A stretch of DNA of 64,000 bases from an uncultured bacterium (GTDB taxonomy: Bacteria > Babelota > Babeliae > Babelales > Vermiphilaceae), in contig OY970212.1 of assembly GCA_963713925.1 (NCBI GenBank), positions 448,001-512,000 on the forward strand, given 5' to 3'. The notes beneath the pieces are model-generated. The model did not search any database. It worked only from the letters and a program-made list of their open reading frames with translations, and was not told the origin of the DNA. Each line of letters starts with the position of its first letter. The stretch's first letter is position 1. This document shows, piece after piece, positions 1 through 9,567 of this stretch. The position numbers were made by a program, and so were the translations under genes.

Positions 1-93
1 TCTTTGAAGAGTATATCTGGAAAGTTGTTTATCTGCTCCATGGCAGATCATTGATGCAAAGATCGGTATGACCTTTAAAAATGCTTTTTTCAT
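1..93 (-). CDS. 5' part of a secreted hypothetical protein running off the window edge (MKKAFLKVIPIFASMICHGADKQLSRY...)
   Basis: Manual translation from ATG at 93; signal-peptide-like N-terminus closely resembling the neighbour's MNKAFLKTVLMLASATCLAADK. Confidence 0.6.
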   Translation of the reverse strand, partial: MKKAFLKVIPIFASMICHGADKQLSRYTLQR

Positions 94-146
94 AAAAATC
101 TCATATGTGCGTTTACGTAGTTTGGAATAGGCGCTTCTAAAACTGT

Positions 147-557
147 TTATTCTGCTTTTCTATTTTTTTGGTGACGGTTCAAACTGCCCAAAGTAGCGCC
201 TTCAACAGCTGCATTGAGGGTGCCATATCCAGCAATACAAGTTCCGATTCCGGCTAGACAGAATCCGACGGTTTGCCATGCCATAGAGGGCTCATTGCAT
301 ATCAAGCAATTTGCTGCACCATAAAGACAACAACCACAACCGCAACAGGCTATTGCGCCATTTTTGTATATTTCATGAGTCGTTTGTTTAATATGTTGAG
401 AGACATCAAGACCAGGATTTGCACCTAAATAATCTTGGATCCTCTGAATTTTTGGAGAAGGTGGACGGTGTTCAATGACTTTGGTAAGGCCTTTGTCTGC
501 AGCTAAGCATGTCGCAGAGGCAAGCATCAGCACGGTCTTTAAAAATGCTTTATTCAT
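147..557 (-). CDS. Secreted Cys-rich two-TM-hairpin hypothetical protein
   Basis: Start reassigned to MNKAFLK; signal peptide, then ACCGCGCC-containing hydrophobic hairpin and basic tail. Confidence 0.65.
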   Translation of the reverse strand: MNKAFLKTVLMLASATCLAADKGLTKVIEHRPPSPKIQRIQDYLGANPGLDVSQHIKQTTHEIYKNGAIACCGCGCCLYGAANCLICNEPSMAWQTVGFCLAGIGTCIAGYGTLNAAVEGATLGSLNRHQKNRKAE

Positions 558-692
558 ATAAAACTCTTTAATAAAGGTGAATATATGCAAGTAGTATATC
601 CTACTTATTAAAAGGTGGAAAGCCACTCGGGAAGGATCATTTTGATCTGAGGTGAATATAGGCTCATCGCACTCTTTTTTATGAAAGATATT

Positions 693-1334
693 TCATTTGC
701 CGATTAAGACTTCTGCCTTCCAATCGATAAGTTCGATATCGATATCCACAGGACGCGTGGCCCTTGTTTTAATACCATCTAGCGTTATAGGTTGACTATG
801 AATTGTTTGTGCATTCAATTGCTCCAGCATCGCTACCATATGGAGATGGTCTGGATTCTTTTCATCTATATCAAATTGAGCATCAACGGTTTTTTTCGCT
901 TGCACTAGCTCTTGCTTGCGCGCAGCTAATTCAAGCAGCTGCAAGATTCTTTGAGGATTACTTGTAGCGTAATTTTCCACCAAGCTTATTGTTTTGAATA
1001 TTCCAAACGCAACAATAGCTATCCCCGGTACAGGAAATTGGGTTGCAAGAATAGTACCAACCGGTGGAAGTATGCTTGTTGTCAAATAGATAGAACGGCA
1101 TCGCCCCTTATTCTTTTTGTCCATTCGTTTCAATAAGGTGAAGGAAGGTTCAGTATCAAGTTGTTGATCTGGCATATTCAAGAGATCCCAGATTTGCTGA
1201 CGTTGTGTTGTTTCGGCGATGTTGTCGTCATTTTTAATAAGTTGTAAAAGATTTTCTGATGGATCTTGCGCGTTATCAGCGGCTTGAAATACTGTGCTTG
1301 CTGTTAGTAACAGTGCCAAGATGATTTTTTTCAT
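693..1334 (-). CDS. Secreted hypothetical protein with hydrophobic hairpin and coiled-coil
   Basis: MKKIILALLLTASTVFQAAD signal peptide; bilobed hydrophobic segment followed by helical region. Confidence 0.65.
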   Translation of the reverse strand: MKKIILALLLTASTVFQAADNAQDPSENLLQLIKNDDNIAETTQRQQIWDLLNMPDQQLDTEPSFTLLKRMDKKNKGRCRSIYLTTSILPPVGTILATQFPVPGIAIVAFGIFKTISLVENYATSNPQRILQLLELAARKQELVQAKKTVDAQFDIDEKNPDHLHMVAMLEQLNAQTIHSQPITLDGIKTRATRPVDIDIELIDWKAEVLIGK

Positions 1335-1353
1335 AAAAACCTTCGAATAAATG

Positions 1354-2043
1354 TTAATCTATTTTATGTGGACAATAGTGAAGTCCGGTCACTTTTCCGA
1401 TAATACCTTCAAGCTCAGTGACGACTGAGTCAACATGCTTTGCAGAATCATCAATAAAGATCACATGGATGTTTTCTTTATCGGGCCATTGCGATGCAAT
1501 TTGTCGAGCAATGGATCCTTTTGAACAGTTTCCACAAAATATAATTCCTTCTACATGCCCTGCCGGATAAGCTCCGATAAGTGGATGCTCATGAGAAACA
1601 GTGTCAAAACACAAGCCAACTTGCTTGCAATGTTTGTGAGTGATATCAGACAGATGTAATGAACGAGCAGTCAATCCATGGATAATGATATTCCTTTCTC
1701 TCAGTTCTTGTAACAGATCGCAAAGATGCGATTCCATTAATCGAAAATCAATAGTCTTATAAACTTCTCCAAGATCGCTAATGGCAGTCTGGAGCGCTTT
1801 ATGATCCTGATGACCCATTGATTTATATTCATTCCACTTTTCAACGAACCATTTTGTACTTCCAATATGTTCAATAGGGCGCAGAAGCGTGTCGTCAAGA
1901 TCAGTAAAAAGGTAGGTCGTTTTGTCTAACGTGACGTGTTTTTCAATATCAGTCCACGTGGAGATCGATTCTATAACGGAGTGCGGATATAGTGCAATGC
2001 TTGGAATAAAAATCGATGTTAAGAGTGCAACTTTAAATGACAT
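1354..2043 (-). CDS. HAD-superfamily hydrolase, DUF2608-like
   Basis: Motif I FTDLDDTL, motif II LTAR, K in CSKG, motif IV FIDD; signal peptide. Confidence 0.75.
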   Translation of the reverse strand: MSFKVALLTSIFIPSIALYPHSVIESISTWTDIEKHVTLDKTTYLFTDLDDTLLRPIEHIGSTKWFVEKWNEYKSMGHQDHKALQTAISDLGEVYKTIDFRLMESHLCDLLQELRERNIIIHGLTARSLHLSDITHKHCKQVGLCFDTVSHEHPLIGAYPAGHVEGIIFCGNCSKGSIARQIASQWPDKENIHVIFIDDSAKHVDSVVTELEGIIGKVTGLHYCPHKID

Positions 2044-2143
2044 GAGAATTCCTCCCTAATATAGTTTTTCAGTGAAAGATTTTATTAGAAAAGGAAGAAA
2101 ATCGCAAGAAAGCGCAATTTTTGAGGGTCATTTCTGTATAATT

Positions 2144-2572
2144 TTATACCGGAGGAGTTTGCTTTTGTTGAAGAAACAACAGAATGCGTCGAGCATTGAA
2201 AAAATTCTTAGCTTGTCCATGAACGAAGAGCCGTTCAGCTGATATAGCAAAAGCGCTTCCACTTCCTCTGTCGATAAATGTGGTCATATATGAATTATCA
2301 TTTAAATACGACCTGCTCATAAATCCTATAATTGGTAAAAAAACACATGCACATGTTCGCCAACATTTTTTTTCTGCGGAGCAATCGGCCAATCGAGCTT
2401 GGGAAATATGTTGATCAGTGATGGTCGGAGGATTTGTACAATTAAAAAGTTCGTTTACCGCCGGCCAATCATTATTTTTAATAAATAATGAGAGTGTATC
2501 CTGGGATTGCTCAGCGGCAATTAAAGCAATTGATTGTAACGCGTTGAAGCACAGACATAATATTTTTTTCAT
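2144..2572 (-). CDS. Small secreted TM-hairpin family protein (member 1)
   Basis: Signal peptide; FIKNND..V..LF helix, Cys patch, hydrophobic segment, ARRILLFL tail shared with 4009-9567 paralogues. Confidence 0.6.
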   Translation of the reverse strand: MKKILCLCFNALQSIALIAAEQSQDTLSLFIKNNDWPAVNELFNCTNPPTITDQHISQARLADCSAEKKCWRTCACVFLPIIGFMSRSYLNDNSYMTTFIDRGSGSAFAISAERLFVHGQAKNFFNARRILLFLQQKQTPPV

Positions 2573-2589
2573 ATATATCTCTCTCTAAT

Positions 2590-2619
2590 AAAAAAAGGGC
2601 AATCGAAAATCGATTGCCC
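2590..2619 (-). terminator. Rho-independent terminator
   Basis: GGGCAATCG-AAAAT-CGATTGCCC 9-bp perfect stem with A7 run (U-tract on minus strand), just downstream of the 2638-3831 gene. Confidence 0.8.
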
Positions 2620-2637
2620 CATTAAATATCTACTTTT

Positions 2638-3831
2638 TTACAATAACTCAATGGTAAAGAGCTGCTCAAACGAAGCAAATCGAGAACGGGTTTCAGCTGA
2701 ATGAAGCCATTGTGGGACTACGCGTTGTGCATAGTCCATAAAACTATTCAGTCCGACTCGATGTTCTACATTGCCAAGTGGATCTGTGTATTGTTCAGGA
2801 AATGCAAGGCCGATTCCAAACAATCCTGGCGCAATAATACCAGTTTTATCATCATAGGAGATTGGTTTGTCATCAATGAGAGGAAGATCATTTCTTTCAT
2901 ATCCAACAGCACAAATTTTTTTGTTGCAAATAGGGAGCCATGCTTCGCGAGCTTCCTTGCTGTTGTAGATGCGAATTAAGTTTGCCGGTGGATTTTTTTC
3001 GAGCACCTCGCGTGCCCACTCAGCGGTTATGCCTTTGAGGCCGGAAGCATTGTGAAGCAGCCAAGTGCCCATGTCGACTGCATATAATAATGGATTTTTG
3101 TAGAAGTTAATAATGCGTTTTACCTTCAATTCGGTCAGGTATTTGAGGATTAAGATTGCAGAATGAGAGCTGCCGATTACGGCAACCGAGTCATTTTCGC
3201 TCATTTGTTGTTCCAGGCGTTCTTTATCAAGAGCAATATCAAGTGGAATATCCATTTCGCATGGATAATCTAATGTTTTCGGATGACTTCCCGTTGCCAA
3301 GACAACATGCTTCGATTTAAGCTGACGCGATGCGTCTGAGCACAAGCAGTTAACAATCCAATGATCATCAAATGAGAGACCATGCAGTGTGCCGGTAATT
3401 GTTTTTATCTTTGTTTTTAAATATGCACTGATTTCTCGTAATGGATCGATAATCGTTTTAAGCGGGTATTCTTTTTCCAGTTCAAGCAGAGAGAGTGTTT
3501 CGATGGCTGTCGGAGCAGCAGTTAAAAATGTTTTGCAAGATTGCAAAAACGAAATGAACAGTTTGTTTTTTGTATTCGCGGGAACTGATTCGTAATATGC
3601 TCCAAGCCGCCCAACGTTAAATTCCGGATCGATCCACGTAATTTCATCGGGGCTAATTCCCAGATCGAGCAACAGGCCGACGGTAATAATGCCGGCAGGA
3701 CCGGCGCCAATAATAGTCCATTCGGCATCAATTTTGTCTGAGGAATTTTTGAGGAATAGGTATTTATCCTCGGTTGCACTGTTTGAAAAAAAATAAGAAA
3801 GGACTAGTGCCCATATGAATCTCAACTTCAT
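2638..3831 (-). CDS. FAD/NAD(P)-dependent oxidoreductase (pyridine nucleotide-disulfide oxidoreductase-like)
   Basis: IIGAGPAG dinucleotide motif, VLATGS, second Rossmann VIGSSHSA, AVGY, GLFGIG. Confidence 0.8.
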   Translation of the reverse strand: MKLRFIWALVLSYFFSNSATEDKYLFLKNSSDKIDAEWTIIGAGPAGIITVGLLLDLGISPDEITWIDPEFNVGRLGAYYESVPANTKNKLFISFLQSCKTFLTAAPTAIETLSLLELEKEYPLKTIIDPLREISAYLKTKIKTITGTLHGLSFDDHWIVNCLCSDASRQLKSKHVVLATGSHPKTLDYPCEMDIPLDIALDKERLEQQMSENDSVAVIGSSHSAILILKYLTELKVKRIINFYKNPLLYAVDMGTWLLHNASGLKGITAEWAREVLEKNPPANLIRIYNSKEAREAWLPICNKKICAVGYERNDLPLIDDKPISYDDKTGIIAPGLFGIGLAFPEQYTDPLGNVEHRVGLNSFMDYAQRVVPQWLHSAETRSRFASFEQLFTIELL

Positions 3832-4008
3832 TATGTCTCCTTAAAGATGGTTGTTTTTAACCGGCGATAAAATCAAAACCCCCAATTACACCATGGGCAC
3901 AATTGAGTATAAAAACTTTTGTCGGACGCGCAGCCTACGAAATGTTATATCAATATACTGTTTTCAAATATTGAAAATAAAGTGTTAGCAGAATTTAAAA
4001 GGAATGGT

Positions 4009-4494
4009 CTAAGGATTTTTCAGGTTCTTATTATGTTCTTCAAGCATGGTGACGATACTTTTTGAGCCAAAATAGCTGCGCCAATCTTTGCCTGTTTGCA
4101 CCCCATAATAACCGCCCGTTCCTGCTGAGCCGGCAGAAGAGATCCATAAACCAATACCGGTGAAACGACTATCTGGAGAATAAGTTATCCAAGCAAGGGT
4201 CGCGGAATAGAGTGTGCATGCTGTGAATCCAAGGGCAGGAAGCAAGTTGCTGCAACATTTTTTTTTCCTATATTCCTCTTTTCGGTGTGCCAGTTGTATT
4301 AGGTTTTCTGGAATGGGAAAGGAGGGATGATCGGTCAAGAGTTGAGAAAGACCATTTTTATCGTGATCCCGAATACATTGTGCTAGAGCATCTTTTTTGG
4401 GTTGTAAGAGTGGCGTTTTTTCATTTTTTTCAGCACCGAATACTACGTGCGCTAGTGACAATACCATGAATAGATACATGTTTGCATACTTCAT
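4009..4494 (-). CDS. Small secreted TM-hairpin family protein (member 2), EKTPLL motif
   Basis: AAGGAG RBS; signal peptide; KKKCC followed by two hydrophobic segments; clear paralogue of 4551 and 8426. Confidence 0.7.
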   Translation of the reverse strand: MKYANMYLFMVLSLAHVVFGAEKNEKTPLLQPKKDALAQCIRDHDKNGLSQLLTDHPSFPIPENLIQLAHRKEEYRKKKCCSNLLPALGFTACTLYSATLAWITYSPDSRFTGIGLWISSAGSAGTGGYYGVQTGKDWRSYFGSKSIVTMLEEHNKNLKNP

Positions 4495-4550
4495 CAAAGA
4501 CTCCTTGATAGCAGCGACAAATACTGCTTGTTTACGGTCAAATCTAGTTT

Positions 4551-5084
4551 CTACTCTTGGAGGGGTGAGAGATCCGACTGTTTCGCTTTATACTTTTCCA
4601 GCATTTCGACAATGTTTTTAGAGTAAAAATAGTTACCCCAATCTTTTTGCATTTCTCTTGCGCTATGGATAGCGTAAGCCCCTGTACCAACTGTCGATAC
4701 CCAACACATCCCGTCTCTTACATAACGAGTCGCATCCATTTCCCTACATTTAAATGGTTCTAAAGCAATAGAAATAGAATAGAGAGTACTTGCCATAGAT
4801 ATAAGTAAAGGAGGAAGGTTACGACAGCACTTTTTTTGATATTTTTTATCTTTTTCACGCGCCAGTTCAATTAAATCATCAACAGGAATTGTGGTGTCTG
4901 AAGCCAATACTAAAGCAAGTGCATCTTTTCTTTGCTCGCGAATATATTGTGCAATCGCTGTTTGTGGGTCTAAGCTGGGGGCACTTGCTGCCAATAAAGG
5001 TGTTTTTTCAGTCCGGTCTGCGCCGAGTAACGTGTGTGATGCTTGTAGTATGACAGGTAATAAAATGATTTTTGCGAAATTCAT
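4551..5084 (-). CDS. Small secreted TM-hairpin family protein (member 3), EKTPLL motif
   Basis: AAGGAG RBS; MNFAKIILLP signal; KKCCRNL + TM hairpin; GNYFYSKNIV tail identical to 8426 gene. Confidence 0.7.
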   Translation of the reverse strand: MNFAKIILLPVILQASHTLLGADRTEKTPLLAASAPSLDPQTAIAQYIREQRKDALALVLASDTTIPVDDLIELAREKDKKYQKKCCRNLPPLLISMASTLYSISIALEPFKCREMDATRYVRDGMCWVSTVGTGAYAIHSAREMQKDWGNYFYSKNIVEMLEKYKAKQSDLSPLQE

Positions 5085-5110
5085 AAAACTCCTTTTTTGT
5101 AATTAGGCTC

Positions 5111-5139
5111 ACTATATAATCTAAGAATTACGAAAACAA
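5111..5139 (-). promoter_or_regulatory. Sigma70-like promoter TTGTTT-N17-TATAGT
   Basis: Canonical spacing; homologous copies at 5716-5744 and 8983-9011 upstream of paralogues. Confidence 0.55.
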
Positions 5140-5172
5140 TAAGTAATGAAAACAGATTTTGTTTATGCCCCA

Positions 5173-5676
5173 TCACACTTGGGTATCTGAACTTGCATGT
5201 GCATTCAGTAAATCAGAAATATTTTCAGATTGTTTCCAAGAAGATTTATAAAAATGATTTTTGACCACATTTTTTACAGTTTTGAGTCCATAAAAAGTTG
5301 TAAAAATAATAGGTACTATCGCCAAATCTGGTGAATACGCTTTAACAGCAAAATAACATGCTGCGCTCCCAACACATACGCCAAAACATCCACCGACACG
5401 AGATAAGCGGAAACATTCTTGCGCTTGGACAGATTCTTTCTCCGCTTCGGCTTGAATTGCTAATGATTCGGGAATAAGAGCAGTGTTGGTTTTGAGAAAA
5501 GCAGATAGACGCTCTTCATTATGAGATGTTATACAAGATTGAATCAGTTTATAGTCATATAAAGGGACCATAGAAAGATCCACTACACAATCGTCTTGCC
5601 CATTCTGTTTTACCAGGTCTCCTCCGAAAACAAAATTCTGTACAGTGAGTAGTAAAAGAAATGCAACCGTTTTCAT
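5173..5676 (-). CDS. Small secreted TM-hairpin family protein (member 4)
   Basis: AAGGAG RBS; IQSCITSHNEERLSAFL helix; Cys-rich hydrophobic hairpin; SENISDLL tail. Confidence 0.65.
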   Translation of the reverse strand: MKTVAFLLLLTVQNFVFGGDLVKQNGQDDCVVDLSMVPLYDYKLIQSCITSHNEERLSAFLKTNTALIPESLAIQAEAEKESVQAQECFRLSRVGGCFGVCVGSAACYFAVKAYSPDLAIVPIIFTTFYGLKTVKNVVKNHFYKSSWKQSENISDLLNAHASSDTQV

Positions 5677-5715
5677 TAAAGCTCCTTAAAAAATCCTCTC
5701 TTGTAATTCGAGCTC

Positions 5716-5744
5716 ACTATACAATGGAAGGATCATGAAAGCAA
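5716..5744 (-). promoter_or_regulatory. Sigma70-like promoter TTGCTT-N17-TATAGT overlapping the stop of the upstream gene
   Basis: Homologous to 5111-5139 and 8983-9011. Confidence 0.5.
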
Positions 5745-8333
5745 TGAAACTATTGAGTTGCAATGTGTATTGGCTATAACTGCTTGCGGGTCCGATACTG
5801 TGCCATTCGCGCTTACGCCGACAAGATAATAGGTATCAATAACATTGGGATTTCTATTATGATCCAGAACCAGCAAAGAGCTACCAGCTGCAATGGTCGC
5901 GACAACTTGAGTGAGCGCGGCATCCCGATATAGTATGTACTCTGTCGGAGCGTTTGATGCTGGATTTTGCCAACTGATTTGATTGATAAAATCGGTCTGG
6001 GTCAAAAATTGGTTTTCAAACCGGCAGGCACGCAAGTTGGTTGGTCCACTCGCGCAACTTGTATTGACGGTAACGGTTTGTATTGGTGATCCTTTGTCAT
6101 TTGTGCTGACGCCGACGATATAATAGGTATCAAAAACATTGGGATTTCTATTAGGATCTAAAAACTGCAAGGGATTGGCAGTTGCCGCAATAGTTGCTGC
6201 AAGTTGTGTCAATGTGACATTGCGATAGATGTTGTATGTTGCCGGAACATTTGTAGAAGGATTTGACCAATTGATTTTATTGACAAAATCGGGTGGCATT
6301 GCAGAAAGATCTATAAACTGGCAACCGGTTATATTAGTTGGCGCACCGACACAACTCGTATTGACGGTAATGGTTTGTACCGGCGATGAGCCTTCGTCAT
6401 TCGTGACGCCGACAATATAATAGGTATCGATGGTCGGATTGTTATCTAAAAACTGCAAGGGACTGGCAGTGGCGGGAATAGTTGCGATAAGTTGTGTCAA
6501 TGTGGCATTGCGATAGATGTTATATGTTGTCGGAACATTTGTTGAAGGATTTGACCAACTGATTTGATTGACAAAATCGGGTGGCATTGCAGAAAGATCG
6601 ATAAACTGGCAGCTGGTTATATTGGTGGGCGCACCAACACAACTTGTATTTACGGTGACGGTTTGTACCGGCGAGCCTTCGTCATTCGTGACGCCGACAA
6701 TATAATAGGTATTGATGGTCGGATTGTTATCTAAAAACTGCAAAGGACTGGCAGTGGCGGGAACAGTTCCGGCCAATTGTGTCAATGCGGCATCGCGATA
6801 GATGTTATATGTCGCCGGAACATTTGTAGTAGGATTTGACCAGCTGATTTTATTTACAAAATCGGGTTGCATTACAGAAAGATCTATAAACTGGCAGCTG
6901 GTTATATTAGTTGGCGCACCAACACAACTTGTATTTACGGTAACGGTTTGTACTGGCGATATTGCACCATCTGCGGCGTTAACGCCGACAATGTAATAGG
7001 TATCAACAATACTCGGATTTCTATTAGGATCTGAAAACTCCAAGGGACTGGCGGTAGCGGGAATAGTTGCGGCAAGTTGTGTCAATGCGGCATCGCGATA
7101 GATTCTATATTCTGTCGGAGCCTCTGTTCCGGGAATTGTCGGAGGATTTGACCAACTGATTTGATTGACAAAATCGGGTGGCATTGCAGAAAGATCGATA
7201 AACTGGCAGCTGGTTATATTAGTGGGCGCACCAACACAGACCAGCTGAACTATGCTGACGGTATTATTATTATTTCCTACATACGCAAAGGTAGTACTAT
7301 TGATTGCTATAGGAATTGGCCCGGTAATGGTTGCTTTTGGATCACTGACCGTTCCAATGACCTGTGCATTGATTGGGTTGCTTATATCCACTATGCTCAC
7401 GCTATGATCGTTAAAATTCGTCACATACGCAAAGTTACCGCTGATTGCGATATCAGCTGGGGCATTGAAGGTTGATGATGGGTCACTAACCTTTGCCACA
7501 ACGAGATTAAGATTGATATCAATTACGCTTACGTTAAAGTGATTACTACTAATTCCGCTTGCCACATATGCATAGTTACCGCTGATCGCTATCGCAGTTG
7601 GCCCGAAAATGATTGATGATGGGTCATTGACCGTTGTCAAAACCTCGCCAAAACTCGGGTCGCTTGGATTTACATCGACTACACTCACGAGATTATTTAA
7701 TTCGTTCGTCACATAGGCACGAATACCGCCGCTGATTGCTATTGCGCTTGGTCCATCAAAGGTTTCTGTTGGATCACTAACCGTTTGAATGACATGTGCA
7801 TTGAGTGGGCTGCTTATATCAACGATGCTTACACTACCTAAGTTTTCACCATTTTGAAAAAAGTTTGTTACATATGCAAAATTACCATTTATTGCTATAG
7901 CATTTGGGCCTGAGAAGGTTCCCGGGAAAGGGAGGTCAGTAACCGTTCCCACAACCTGGTTAAAAGTTGGGCTGCTCGGATTTACATCAATTATGCTCAC
8001 GCTCCCGGGCAAAAAATCATTCGCCACATATGCAATGTTACCGCTGATTGCTATAGCGATTGGCGCTTCGAAGGTTGATGACGGGTCACTAACCTTTCCC
8101 ACAACTTGATTAAACGTTGGGCTGGTTGGATTTATATCAATTATGCTTACGCTATTGCCATGTGTATTCGTTACATATGCCAAGTTACCGTTGATTGCGA
8201 TGGCAGCTGGCACGTTGAAGGTGTGTGTTGGGTCGCTAACTATTCCTACAACGGTTGGTTGGCATGTGTATACAGTGCTGGGAAATTGTATTAATGAAAA
8301 AAACAGTGCAATGCGCGCATATTTCATTGGCAT
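5733..8333 (-). CDS. Secreted YVTN/LVIVD-type beta-propeller protein with five C-terminal FN3-like repeats (adhesin-like)
   Basis: About 7 blades of P.AIAI.G..AYV.N....VSIID; five units of APTNIT.C...NQISWSNP...YNIYR...TYYIVGV. Confidence 0.8.
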   Translation of the reverse strand: MPMKYARIALFFSLIQFPSTVYTCQPTVVGIVSDPTHTFNVPAAIAINGNLAYVTNTHGNSVSIIDINPTSPTFNQVVGKVSDPSSTFEAPIAIAISGNIAYVANDFLPGSVSIIDVNPSSPTFNQVVGTVTDLPFPGTFSGPNAIAINGNFAYVTNFFQNGENLGSVSIVDISSPLNAHVIQTVSDPTETFDGPSAIAISGGIRAYVTNELNNLVSVVDVNPSDPSFGEVLTTVNDPSSIIFGPTAIAISGNYAYVASGISSNHFNVSVIDINLNLVVAKVSDPSSTFNAPADIAISGNFAYVTNFNDHSVSIVDISNPINAQVIGTVSDPKATITGPIPIAINSTTFAYVGNNNNTVSIVQLVCVGAPTNITSCQFIDLSAMPPDFVNQISWSNPPTIPGTEAPTEYRIYRDAALTQLAATIPATASPLEFSDPNRNPSIVDTYYIVGVNAADGAISPVQTVTVNTSCVGAPTNITSCQFIDLSVMQPDFVNKISWSNPTTNVPATYNIYRDAALTQLAGTVPATASPLQFLDNNPTINTYYIVGVTNDEGSPVQTVTVNTSCVGAPTNITSCQFIDLSAMPPDFVNQISWSNPSTNVPTTYNIYRNATLTQLIATIPATASPLQFLDNNPTIDTYYIVGVTNDEGSSPVQTITVNTSCVGAPTNITGCQFIDLSAMPPDFVNKINWSNPSTNVPATYNIYRNVTLTQLAATIAATANPLQFLDPNRNPNVFDTYYIVGVSTNDKGSPIQTVTVNTSCASGPTNLRACRFENQFLTQTDFINQISWQNPASNAPTEYILYRDAALTQVVATIAAGSSLLVLDHNRNPNVIDTYYLVGVSANGTVSDPQAVIANTHCNSIVSLLS
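5760..7240 (-). repeat. Intragenic tandem array of five ~290-bp FN3-like units
   Basis: Near-identical DNA blocks (e.g. GCGCACCAACACAACTTGTATT, AAAATCGGGTGGCATTGCAGAAAGATC) recur at ~290-bp period. Confidence 0.85.
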
Positions 8334-8425
8334 CCTTGATCTGAAAGAAATTTTCTTTCTGATCCTATATAGCTAATCGCACTGAAATCAAGCCTCGCAA
8401 AAACAATAAACGCGGCTTTTAGAAA

Positions 8426-8956
8426 TTAGGCGTCGTTTGCTTGTTGTTTTGCTTTATATTCTTCAAGCATTCCAACAATGTTTTTAGAATAAAAATAGTT
8501 ACCCAAATCTTTTCCCAGTTCTTTTGCGCAGTAGAGAGCGTTGACTCCTGTGACAGGCGTTAACCACCAACCCAAAACACGAATTCCGCCCCTATTGCCA
8601 CATTCAACTGCATTTCTACAATAAGATGGTTCCATGGCGATATAAAGAGAAGAAAGGGCACAAGTCACAGATACAGCTAAGGGACGAAGGTTGCGGCAGC
8701 AATTTTTATTATATTTTTCATCTTTTCTGCGTGCGAGTTTGATTAAGTCATCAACAGGAATCGTGGCATCTTGAGCCAATAGGCAAGCGAGCTGACTTTT
8801 GTTTTGCTTTCGAATGCATTGTGCAATTATTGTTTTCTGATGTGAATGATCGCTACTTGTTGTCACAAGAGCGGTGTTTTCCCCCGGTTCTGCGCTGAGT
8901 AATGGATGTGATACTTGCAATATAAGAGGTAATAATATTATTTTTGCGAAATTCAT
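8426..8956 (-). CDS. Small secreted TM-hairpin family protein (member 5)
   Basis: Close paralogue of 4551-5084 (MNFAKIILLP, TIPVDDLI.LAR, CCRNL, GNYFYSKNIV). Confidence 0.7.
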   Translation of the reverse strand: MNFAKIILLPLILQVSHPLLSAEPGENTALVTTSSDHSHQKTIIAQCIRKQNKSQLACLLAQDATIPVDDLIKLARRKDEKYNKNCCRNLRPLAVSVTCALSSLYIAMEPSYCRNAVECGNRGGIRVLGWWLTPVTGVNALYCAKELGKDLGNYFYSKNIVGMLEEYKAKQQANDA

Positions 8957-8982
8957 AAAACTCCTTTTTTGTAGTTAAGTTC

Positions 8983-9011
8983 ACTATACAACGGAGGAAT
9001 TATGAAAACAA
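8983..9011 (-). promoter_or_regulatory. Sigma70-like promoter TTGTTT-N17-TATAGT
   Basis: Duplicated upstream region shared with the 4551-5084 gene. Confidence 0.55.
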
Positions 9012-9042
9012 TATCCACACGACTGTTGATGTATCGGTACAT

Positions 9043-9070
9043 AAAAATGAGAGGCTCCTAAAAGAGCCTC
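9043..9070 (-). terminator. Possible terminator hairpin
   Basis: GAGGCTC-N6-GAGCCTC with short A run, downstream of the 9082 gene. Confidence 0.45.
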
Positions 9071-9081
9071 CCCCGAGATCG

Positions 9082-9567
9082 TTAATTCAATTTTTTAGAT
9101 TTTTCTGCATTCATATTGTGTTGACGAAGTATTCTAAGAACTGATTGTGCATTAGAAGTACGCGTTGAGCCTTCCACTAATGTGGTGATTGGTTCATATA
9201 TATTAGGAATACTGAGCATTCCGGTTGCGGTGTGTAAGAGGCCGAAATCAGATTTTTTATTGAGGCATATAGACATAATTGAAAATGACAAAGAAAGAGT
9301 TGATATAAATAATTTCGATGTTGCAAGACAGCAATTTGGGCATTCACGAGCTTCCGCTTTTTCTTTTCGATCTGATGCGAATTCAATGAGATCGTTAGCG
9401 ACCTCATATTGGGGATGGCATTCAAGGAATGTTGCTAATCGAGTGCTATCTCCTTTCGCAATATATTGTTCAATTTTTTTGGAGACTTGAGAACTAGGAT
9501 TTTCAGCTGCCACTACATGGTTAGCCGCAGAGAATAAAAGCATGGTAAGAAGAACTTTTAGTTTCAT
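9082..9567 (-). CDS. Small secreted TM-hairpin family protein (member 6)
   Basis: Start MKLKVLL with AAGGA RBS; IEQYIAKGD..L..FL helix, CPNCC, TM hairpin, AQSVLRIL tail. Confidence 0.65.
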   Translation of the reverse strand: MKLKVLLTMLLFSAANHVVAAENPSSQVSKKIEQYIAKGDSTRLATFLECHPQYEVANDLIEFASDRKEKAEARECPNCCLATSKLFISTLSLSFSIMSICLNKKSDFGLLHTATGMLSIPNIYEPITTLVEGSTRTSNAQSVLRILRQHNMNAEKSKKLN

